DNA of 64,000 bases from an uncultured Acidimicrobiia bacterium (GTDB lineage Bacteria > Actinomycetota > Acidimicrobiia > Acidimicrobiales > AC-14), in the NCBI GenBank assembly GCA_963836205.1, contig CAWIIV010000006.1, positions 256,001 through 320,000 of the forward strand, in the 5' to 3' direction. Shown piece by piece: positions 47,791-55,370 of the stretch. The position numbers were made by a program, and so were the translations under genes. How positions within the stretch are numbered: position 1 is the stretch's first letter; the number at the start of each line of letters is the position of its first letter. The notes below the pieces were generated by a model. It was not told where the DNA came from and did not search any database. It saw nothing but the letters and a program-made list of their open reading frames with translations.

Positions 47791-48093
47791 TCAGCTCGGC
47801 GGGTTCCCGACGACCGTGCAGGTACCGCCTGCCCACTCGGCCGTCCAAAACCGTTCCGGCTTGCTCGCGTTCTGCATCACGACGTAGTCCCGGCAGGCCA
47901 CTTCGTCGACCGTCAGGGTCTCCCGCAGCGGCCCGGGCACGAAGATGGTCCTGGGTTCCGTCGGCGGCGTCTCGCCTGTCCCTCCGGGATCGTCCCCCCT
48001 GCAGCTCCCGACCAAGAGCCCGACAGCCAGCACAACGACCGCCCGACGTAGCACCTCCCGCCCTCGTGAAGCGATCGCGGCAGGAACGCGCAT
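47791..48093 (-). CDS. Small putative lipoprotein
   Basis: RRAVVVLAVGLLVGSC lipobox-like; two further Cys residues. Confidence 0.5.
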   Translation of the reverse strand: MRVPAAIASRGREVLRRAVVVLAVGLLVGSCRGDDPGGTGETPPTEPRTIFVPGPLRETLTVDEVACRDYVVMQNASKPERFWTAEWAGGTCTVVGNPPS

Positions 48094-48125
48094 GACGCCG
48101 GCAAGGGTGTCACGCCGAGGGGCGG

Positions 48126-49142
48126 TCAGCTCGTCGCCCGGCGTCGGGCCCGGCGGGCGGGGCTGCGGAGCCACGGGCTTGCGGCATAGAAGGCCAGGAC
48201 CGCGACAGCGAGGAGGTCGGCGACGACCCGAGCCGCGATCGAACTCCCGAGCGACACGAGGCCGAGGGCTGAGCATAGGGCCATCAAGGCGGCCACGAAC
48301 CCGGTCGTTCGGGCGTGTGACCAGCCCAGGGACGTCAGCCGCTGGTAGGTGTGGGTGCGGTGCGGGAGGTAGAAGCGTGGCCCCACCTCCCGGATCCGCC
48401 GGCACGCGGTGCTCACCGTGTCGACCATGTAGAGGGAGAGCGGCGCCAGGACGGCCTCCGGTGCGATGCCCGCCCTCATGCCGAGCACAGCGAGCACCGC
48501 CATCCAGGCCCCGAGGACGTGACTCCCCACGTCACCCAGGAAGATCCTGGCGCCCGGGAAGTTGTAGGGCAGGAACCCCAGCGCCGCGGCGGCCACGACG
48601 GGGCCGCCGACGAGGAGGGCGGAGACGTGCTCGGCATCCCCGACGATCGCCCATGCCCCGCCGGCCACCACGGCCTGGGCCACCGAGATGCCGTTGATCC
48701 CGTCCATCTGGTTGAACACGTTCACGTAGGCCACCAACCAGATCAGGCAGCCCGCCCCGAAAACGACCCGCCACGCTGGCGGGCCGCCCAGCCCGTCCAA
48801 CAACCACACCAGGGACAGCCCGGCCAACGCGGCGTGGATCGCCGCCCGCAGGATCTGCGGCACCCCGCGCAGGTCGTCGACGAGGCCGACCAGACCGAAG
48901 GCCACGACCGCGAAGACAAGGGCCTTCCGGACGGTGGGGTCGACCGGCGCGGCGACGGCGAGTCCGACCAGCAGCCCGAGGGCGCAGGCGATGCCCCCAC
49001 CGCGCGGCGTGGGTATGACATGGGACGACCGTTCGTTCGGTTTGTCGACCAGCCCGAGAGGTCCGGCGAGCGCTAGCACCGCCGGCACGGTCGCTCCGGT
49101 CACCGCCAACGCGACGAGCGCGGCGATCCCCGTGCTCGCCAT
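48126..49142 (-). CDS. MraY/WecA-like polyprenyl-phosphate sugar-1-phosphate transferase
   Basis: DKPNERSSH..PTPRGGG, GLVDD, NQMDGING, IFLGDVGS, HRTHTYQ. Confidence 0.92.
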   Translation of the reverse strand: MASTGIAALVALAVTGATVPAVLALAGPLGLVDKPNERSSHVIPTPRGGGIACALGLLVGLAVAAPVDPTVRKALVFAVVAFGLVGLVDDLRGVPQILRAAIHAALAGLSLVWLLDGLGGPPAWRVVFGAGCLIWLVAYVNVFNQMDGINGISVAQAVVAGGAWAIVGDAEHVSALLVGGPVVAAAALGFLPYNFPGARIFLGDVGSHVLGAWMAVLAVLGMRAGIAPEAVLAPLSLYMVDTVSTACRRIREVGPRFYLPHRTHTYQRLTSLGWSHARTTGFVAALMALCSALGLVSLGSSIAARVVADLLAVAVLAFYAASPWLRSPARRARRRATS

Positions 49143-49174
49143 AGGAAGGATCGTACGACGCGCACCGCGGGCAA

Positions 49175-50176
49175 GTGGTTGTCGGAGACCGGGCGGCGCC
49201 GCGAGAGACTGAGCCGGTGAGACTCCTCCTCGTAGGCGAAAGCACCCCGTCATCGCCGGTCGAGCCGCTGAGGCAGGGACTCGCGGCCGCCGGGATCGAG
49301 GTCACCTTCGTCGACTCCACCCGGGCCGGCGGCGTCGAGCCGGCCACGACCCTCGGGCGCGTCCGCCTTCGCCGTCGGGGGCGTACGGCCGGCGAACGGC
49401 TCGTCGAGGCCGCAACCCAGCTCGCGCCCGACGCTGTGCTGATCGTCCACGGTCGCGGCATCGGGCCCGAGGCCATCGAGAGCGTGCGGTCGATGTCCTG
49501 CCCGGTGACCATCTACTACCCCGACAACCCCTTCTGGAGAAGTGCCGACTGGGACCCGGCGATGCCTCGGCTGGCTGCGGCCGACGCCGTCGCCGTGACC
49601 ACGGAGCGAATCGCGGGCCTGCTCGACGGGCGGGTGCGCTCGAAACCGGCGGTCGTGCCCCTTGGGTACGACGACCAGCGGTTTCCCTTGACGACGCCGG
49701 GCGCCGACCGCCACGGCCTGGCGTTCGTCGGTTCGTGGTCCCCCCGTCGGGAGCGATTCCTGGCCGCCCTTGATGGCCTGCCGCTGACCGTCGAGGGTTC
49801 GGGCTGGGAGCGCAGCCGTGTCCGACCTTCTCCCCCGGCACCGTCTCGGCGGGCTGCGGTCGGTGTGAACCTCCTCCACCCCCGCGCCGGCGGCAGCCAC
49901 AACGCCCAGACCCGCCAGATCCCGGCGTCGGGCGCGATGCTCCTCACCGATCCGGGAACCGACGGCACCCCCCTGGTCGACGGCGAGAGCTGCGTCTGGT
50001 TCCACTCGCCCGACGAGCTGCGAGCCAAGGCGGAATGGGCGTTGCAGCACGCCGATGAGGCAGTGGCGATCGCATTCCGGGGACAGGCTTTCGTAGCCGC
50101 CGACACGTGGACCCAGCGAGCCCGGGTGCTGGCCGGTCTGATCGGCGCCCTCGAAACCCAGGGAGCCCCCAGTTGA
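49175..50176 (+). CDS. CgeB-like glycosyltransferase
   Basis: PDAVLIVHG, YYPDNP, FVGSW...RE, HN...IPASG. Confidence 0.7.
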   Translation: MVVGDRAAPRETEPVRLLLVGESTPSSPVEPLRQGLAAAGIEVTFVDSTRAGGVEPATTLGRVRLRRRGRTAGERLVEAATQLAPDAVLIVHGRGIGPEAIESVRSMSCPVTIYYPDNPFWRSADWDPAMPRLAAADAVAVTTERIAGLLDGRVRSKPAVVPLGYDDQRFPLTTPGADRHGLAFVGSWSPRRERFLAALDGLPLTVEGSGWERSRVRPSPPAPSRRAAVGVNLLHPRAGGSHNAQTRQIPASGAMLLTDPGTDGTPLVDGESCVWFHSPDELRAKAEWALQHADEAVAIAFRGQAFVAADTWTQRARVLAGLIGALETQGAPS

Positions 50177-51258
50177 GGATCGTCCACATCTACAAGGATT
50201 TCTTTCCGCCGCTCGCCGGCGGGATCACCCGCTACCTGAGCGATATCGCCGACGAGGCCGCCCGTCGCGGGCATCAGGTCGACGTCCACGTGGCCGGGGT
50301 CCGGCACTCGAGACGGGACGTGCTCCCGAGTGGCGTCGTGGTGCACCGCCACCGCGAGCTGGCCCGCATGCTCTCGACGCCGATCGCGCCGGGGCTCGTC
50401 CGGGAGCCAAGTCTCCATGGCGACGTCGTCCACGCCCATATGCCCAACCCGCTGGGCGAGCTCGGGATCGCCTTGAGCCGGCGCCACGTCCCGACGGTCG
50501 TGTCGTTCCACGGCCAGCTGGGCCGCCAGCGGATCCTCGAGCCCTTGTACGGCCCCGTGCGCCAACGCGTGCTGGACCGGGCGGCGGTGGTGTTCGCGTC
50601 CTGCGACAAGATGGGGGAAGCGGAGGAGCTGGCCTCCGTGCGGTCCAAGGTCGAGGTCCTGCCCTACGGGGTCTCACCGTCGGTGATCGCCCAGCCGGCG
50701 GCCGACACACACGCCGACGACCGGCTGCGAGTGATCTTCGTCGGTCGCCTCGTCTACTACAAGGGGCTCGACATCCTGCTCGACGCCATGTCGCGAGTGC
50801 CGGACGCCAGCCTGACGATCGTGGGTGAGGGGCCCCTCCGGAGCGACCTGGAGGCGCAGGCCGTCCGGCTCGGGATGCAGGACAGGGTTCGACTGGCCGG
50901 ATCGGTCAGCGACCAAGCCCTGCGGGAGCTCTACGGCAGCCACGACGCCGCGGTGCTCCCGTCGGTGTCCCGCGCCGAGGCGTTCGGGCTGTCGATGGCA
51001 GAGGCGATGGCCAGCGGCCTGCCGGTGGTGAGCACCAGGCTCGGAACCGGCACCGACTGGGTCAACGTGCACGAGGAGTCGGGGCTGGTCGTCGAGCCGG
51101 GCGATGCCGAAGCCCTCGCGGGGGCGCTGGCCCGGCTTGTGGATCCGGCGGAACGGCGCCGACTGGGCGCCGGCGCCCAGGCCCGGGCTCACCGCCTGTT
51201 CTCCTTCGACGACCACGTCGACCGCCTCCTCGCCGTGTATGAAGAGGTGGCCGGGTGA
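50173..51258 (+). CDS. GT4 family glycosyltransferase
   Basis: HIYKDFFP..GGI, HMPNP, FVGRLVYYKG, EAFGLSMAEAM. Confidence 0.92.
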   Translation: MRIVHIYKDFFPPLAGGITRYLSDIADEAARRGHQVDVHVAGVRHSRRDVLPSGVVVHRHRELARMLSTPIAPGLVREPSLHGDVVHAHMPNPLGELGIALSRRHVPTVVSFHGQLGRQRILEPLYGPVRQRVLDRAAVVFASCDKMGEAEELASVRSKVEVLPYGVSPSVIAQPAADTHADDRLRVIFVGRLVYYKGLDILLDAMSRVPDASLTIVGEGPLRSDLEAQAVRLGMQDRVRLAGSVSDQALRELYGSHDAAVLPSVSRAEAFGLSMAEAMASGLPVVSTRLGTGTDWVNVHEESGLVVEPGDAEALAGALARLVDPAERRRLGAGAQARAHRLFSFDDHVDRLLAVYEEVAG

Positions 51259-52061
51259 CCACGACCACGCTCGTGGTGGGGGCCGCCGGCTACATCGGCG
51301 CGGCGGTGGCCTCACAGCTGGCCGCCATGGGCCACACCGTCACCGGCACCTCCCGCGCTCCGTCCCGGGCCGACCATGTGGTCGGAACGGCCGCCGACCT
51401 TCGCCGGTTGCTGGCGGAACACCCGTTCGATCAGGTCGTCTTCCTGCCCCACCTTGCTGGCAGCGGAGTAGATGCGCTGCTCGATCTGGTCGACGGTCCC
51501 CGGTGGCTGGTGTTCTCGTCGGCCCAACTCGCGTCCGCGGTGCCGGCCCCGGGCACCGAGACAGCGTTACAGCGGGAGAAGGACGCCTTGTCCCGGGGGG
51601 CCACGGTCATCCGCCCCACCATGGTGTTCGGGCGGGGTGGCGACCCGAGCATCACGCGCGTCATCCGCTTCCTCCACCGCTGGCACGTCGCCCTGCAGAT
51701 CGGCGACGGCAACCAGCAGGTGCAGCCGGTGCATGCCGACGACCTGGCTCTCCTGGCCGCCAGCCACGCGTTGCACCCGGTCGAAGGCCTCTACGGCGCC
51801 GGCGGGGCCGAGGTGGTCACCATGCGCGAGGTGGTCGACATGATCCGCGAGGTCGTCGGTGCCCGCCTTCCGCCTCTGCGGGTCAGGTCGTCCTGGCTGC
51901 GCCGGGTGGCCCCGATGGGCATCGCCGGGTTGCGGCTCGACCAGGTGCTGCGCCTCGACGAGGACAAGACCATCGACATCTCCAACACCCGGGCCACGTT
52001 CGGATGGGATCCGCTCCCGCTCGGCCAGCGCGTCGAGCAGGCGGTGTTGGAGGCTCTCTAA
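51255..52061 (+). CDS. NAD-dependent epimerase/SDR-like protein
   Basis: GAAGYIG, IRPTMVFG, QPVHADDLA. Confidence 0.8.
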   Translation: MTTTTLVVGAAGYIGAAVASQLAAMGHTVTGTSRAPSRADHVVGTAADLRRLLAEHPFDQVVFLPHLAGSGVDALLDLVDGPRWLVFSSAQLASAVPAPGTETALQREKDALSRGATVIRPTMVFGRGGDPSITRVIRFLHRWHVALQIGDGNQQVQPVHADDLALLAASHALHPVEGLYGAGGAEVVTMREVVDMIREVVGARLPPLRVRSSWLRRVAPMGIAGLRLDQVLRLDEDKTIDISNTRATFGWDPLPLGQRVEQAVLEAL

Positions 52062-52783
52062 ACCTTGTCAGTGGACGGGACGGCGCGATCGAGGAACGCC
52101 TCGGCCGGCGCCGTCATCCGGATCACATGGAACGCCTCGGCGTAACCCACACCCACCTGGCTACCCCGGAAGAGAGCCAGGGCCCGAACCGCCTCCGACG
52201 AACGCGCGCCCGGGAACGGCTGGCACTGGCTCTCGTAACAAGCCATCGCCGCCAGCTTGGTGTCGATCTGGCCGCTGATGTCGACGGTCCAGTTCGGCGT
52301 GAAGGCCGGTTCGAGGTGAGGGGCGTTCCAGTGCGTCTCCGAAAGGACCTCATATGCGGCGAGGAGCTGGATCGACCGTTCCGATCCGATCGGCCGGGTT
52401 GCCACCATGGCCGCCTCGAACACCTTGCGGTGGTCGACGTGGCGGTCGGGGAAGGGCACCAACACGATGTCGGGCCGCACGTCGTGGACGATCTGGTGGA
52501 TACTCCCGTTGAACTCGGGGAGCGGGATGTCGCCGAGCAGCACCGCCGGGTAGTTGAGGAAGAGCGATTCCTTGACCCCGAGCTGGGCATGGGCCAGGCG
52601 GGCCTCCTCGAGGGTCTGCTCGTGGACGCCCGCCGGGTAGAGGGGCGGCATGTGGGCGGCGACTGTGAGCACGGTGATGTGCCCGCCGGCCTGCGCGAAC
52701 CTGGCCAGGGTGCCGCCCGCCCCGAGAGTCTCGTCGTCGGGATGCGGGGCCACGACCAGCAGCCGGGGCGACCTTTCGCTCAT
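52058..52783 (-). CDS. PIG-L/LmbE family deacetylase
   Basis: APHPDDE, HVDH, YESQ, AEAF. Confidence 0.92.
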   Translation of the reverse strand: MSERSPRLLVVAPHPDDETLGAGGTLARFAQAGGHITVLTVAAHMPPLYPAGVHEQTLEEARLAHAQLGVKESLFLNYPAVLLGDIPLPEFNGSIHQIVHDVRPDIVLVPFPDRHVDHRKVFEAAMVATRPIGSERSIQLLAAYEVLSETHWNAPHLEPAFTPNWTVDISGQIDTKLAAMACYESQCQPFPGARSSEAVRALALFRGSQVGVGYAEAFHVIRMTAPAEAFLDRAVPSTDKV

Positions 52784-54531
52784 GCCGGGCTGACCCCCGG
52801 CTTGTAGACCAGGAAGTCGCCGGCGGCAAGCACCTCGAGCCCCGTGGCCCAGAAGGTGCGCAGGGCGTCCTGGATGGTGCACACGATCGGCTCGCCCTTC
52901 ACGTTGAAGGACGTGTTCAGCAGGACGGGCACCCCAGTGCGCCGTTCGAAGGCCATCAGCAGACGATGGTACCGAGGTAGCACGTCGAGATGGACCATCT
53001 GGACCCGAGAGGTGCCGTCGACGTGGACGATGGCGGGCGCGTCCTTCTTGAGGCGATCATTGGCGGGGAAGGCGACGATCATGAACGGGGCGTCGGTGCA
53101 CCGGTCGAAGTAGCGGTCGGCCGCCTCGGCCGCCATCGACGGGCAGAAGGGTCGCCAGTATTCCCGGAACTTGACGATGGCGTTGACCCGGTCCCGGTTG
53201 CCCACGTCGGCGGGGTTGGCGAGGATGCTGCGCTGGCCGAGGGAGCGGGGGCCGGCTTCCATGCGGCCCTGGAACCAACCGACGATGCGGCCGGCGACGA
53301 GCTCGTCGGCCACAGACTCGCAGATGTCGGCGGGGCGGCTGTAGGAGAGGTGGGCGAGCTGCAACATCTGCTCGATGTCGGCGTCCGAGTCCTCCCACCC
53401 GAGGGCGAGGGTCCGCAGCGGGCGCGGGTAGACCCCGGTGGCCTGGGCGCAGGCCGCCAGGGCGGCACCAACCGCGGCCCCTCCGTCGGAGCACAGCGGT
53501 TGGGCGAAGACGTCGGCCACCTCCGGGTTGAGGAAGAGCCGGCTGTTCATCTTGACGTTGAGCCCGACGCCACCGCCGATGCAGACGTTGGCGATGCCGG
53601 TCTCACGGACCCCCCACACCACCAGCCGCTCGACGGCATCCTCGAGGCTCTCCTGCACCGCGTAGGCGAGGTTCTCGTGCCACTCAGTGATCTCTTCCTC
53701 GCGCAGGCGGGGCGGACGACCGAACAGCTCGACGAGACGGTCGGTGAAGCGATCGGAGTACTGGTGCGGGCCGTAGTGGATGTACGTTGGGTCGACCCGG
53801 AACTCGACGCCGTCGGGGGCAATTGACACGATCTGATCGACCTTGGCCCGGAGCTCGGCATCTGGACGCCCATAGGCAGCCAGGCCCATCACCTTGTACT
53901 CGCCGTCGTAGGCTTCGAAGCCCAGGAGCTCGGTGAAGGCGGCGTAGACCCATCCCAGGGAATGGGGCATCAGGATCTCGCGCACGGGCGTGATCTCGTG
54001 CCCACGCTTGCACCAGAGGACGGTGGTGTGCTGGTCGCCGGAACCGTCGACGGTGAGGCAGATCGCGTCTTCGAACGGCGATTCCATGGCCGCATGGAAC
54101 GCGTGGGTGTAATGGTGCGGTATTGGTACGAGGGGAGGAAACTTCACGTCGCCGAACGCTCGACGCCATTTCTTCTCGTGATAGGCGCGGCACGAAGCCT
54201 CATTGAACTTTCGGCACACTGCGCCTTGCCAGGCGATCGTCTGGGCGTCCACGGGCCATTCTTGGCGGAGGCCATCGAAGAACCGCGCCATGGTCCCGTC
54301 AGTGAAGGCCGGAAGATTCCAGTTGACGCCTACCCCAGCCACCTCCTCGATAGTGACGCCAGCGACGTCGAGGCAGTACTGGAGCGCCCGAATGGGATAG
54401 ACGTTGTAAGCGTGCTTGAAGCGGATGTGGCGTTCCTCCTCGGCGTACGCGAGGACCTCGCCGTTTCGCACCACCGCCACCGCGGGGTCGAAATGGCCCT
54501 CGAACATCCCGAGAAACACCTCGTCACTCAT
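52780..54531 (-). CDS. NodU/CmcH family carbamoyltransferase
   Basis: EEER..R.KH, HHYTHA, DGSG, EYKVMGLA, GGVGLN, EAGPRSLG.RS, LNTSFN. Confidence 0.95.
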   Translation of the reverse strand: MSDEVFLGMFEGHFDPAVAVVRNGEVLAYAEEERHIRFKHAYNVYPIRALQYCLDVAGVTIEEVAGVGVNWNLPAFTDGTMARFFDGLRQEWPVDAQTIAWQGAVCRKFNEASCRAYHEKKWRRAFGDVKFPPLVPIPHHYTHAFHAAMESPFEDAICLTVDGSGDQHTTVLWCKRGHEITPVREILMPHSLGWVYAAFTELLGFEAYDGEYKVMGLAAYGRPDAELRAKVDQIVSIAPDGVEFRVDPTYIHYGPHQYSDRFTDRLVELFGRPPRLREEEITEWHENLAYAVQESLEDAVERLVVWGVRETGIANVCIGGGVGLNVKMNSRLFLNPEVADVFAQPLCSDGGAAVGAALAACAQATGVYPRPLRTLALGWEDSDADIEQMLQLAHLSYSRPADICESVADELVAGRIVGWFQGRMEAGPRSLGQRSILANPADVGNRDRVNAIVKFREYWRPFCPSMAAEAADRYFDRCTDAPFMIVAFPANDRLKKDAPAIVHVDGTSRVQMVHLDVLPRYHRLLMAFERRTGVPVLLNTSFNVKGEPIVCTIQDALRTFWATGLEVLAAGDFLVYKPGVSPA

Positions 54532-55181
54532 GATCCGAGGCTCGCGATCGGATAGATGTCGACAGGGAGGACCCGGTGCCGGTAGACCTCGCCGAGCGTG
54601 CACCACGGCGAGTCCATGATGAGGGATGTCATCGCGTCCCGCGACACGTGCATGTGGTTGACCCCCATGTAGGTCGTGACCGGATGGTCAAGCCGCTTCA
54701 ACTCGGACAGGTACTGCTCGACGACGACAGTGCCGGCCGGCCCGCCGTCCCATTGCGAGCGACGGTCCTCGGGAAGGTTCCGGTGGGCTCCGCTAGCACT
54801 CGGCACATAGGGTGGGTTGAACACGACAGTGTCAACGCGCTCGGTCACATCGTCGAAGAACCGCGAGCAAACCACCTGGATCGGTGCCTCGTTCAAGGCA
54901 ACATTGGCCCGGGCCAACTCGACGATGTCGGGGTTGATGTCAGCCGCGGTGACGTGGCACCCGACGCGCTTCCAAAGGGCTATCCCCAGGACGCCCACCG
55001 ACCCAGTCCCGAGATCGAGAACGCGCGAGTCGGCAGAGAGAAGTTTCGCCATCCGCCGGTAGAGCACGACGGACGTGACGTCAAAGTAGAGGTCATCCTC
55101 GGGCAGCGGTTGGAACCGGATACCGAAGACAACACGAGCGAGGATCCGCTGCCGGGCGAGAGCGTCCGACGTGCGAGCCAA
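54528..55181 (-). CDS. SAM-dependent methyltransferase (HemK-like)
   Basis: LDLGTGS, DIN, FNPPY motifs. Confidence 0.85.
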   Translation of the reverse strand: MARTSDALARQRILARVVFGIRFQPLPEDDLYFDVTSVVLYRRMAKLLSADSRVLDLGTGSVGVLGIALWKRVGCHVTAADINPDIVELARANVALNEAPIQVVCSRFFDDVTERVDTVVFNPPYVPSASGAHRNLPEDRRSQWDGGPAGTVVVEQYLSELKRLDHPVTTYMGVNHMHVSRDAMTSLIMDSPWCTLGEVYRHRVLPVDIYPIASLGS

Positions 55182-55317
55182 GATTGGGTGCAGCGTGAGA
55201 TCACCGCCTTCAGTGGGATGGGCGGAGCAGCCACGTGTGCATCGAGCCGCTCGACCAGAGCCTACTCAGCGTCGATCCCCCGGCGGTGCACCCCGACTGT
55301 CGCCGAGTCACGAACGC

Positions 55318-55348
55318 GTTCGGGGGAGCGGTCGCCCGCTCCCCGAAC
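55318..55348 (-). terminator. GC-rich hairpin downstream of the protease gene
   Basis: GTTCGGGGGAGCGG TCGC CCGCTCCCCGAAC; no U-tract. Confidence 0.5.
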
Positions 55349-55370
55349 CCCACTGCGGTGCGTCTGTGCT

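Noticed and set aside
54528-55181. DNA methyltransferase of a restriction-modification system (NPPY motif)
   Set aside because: Small HemK-like size, no target-recognition domain or nuclease partner, and coupled to a carbamoyltransferase
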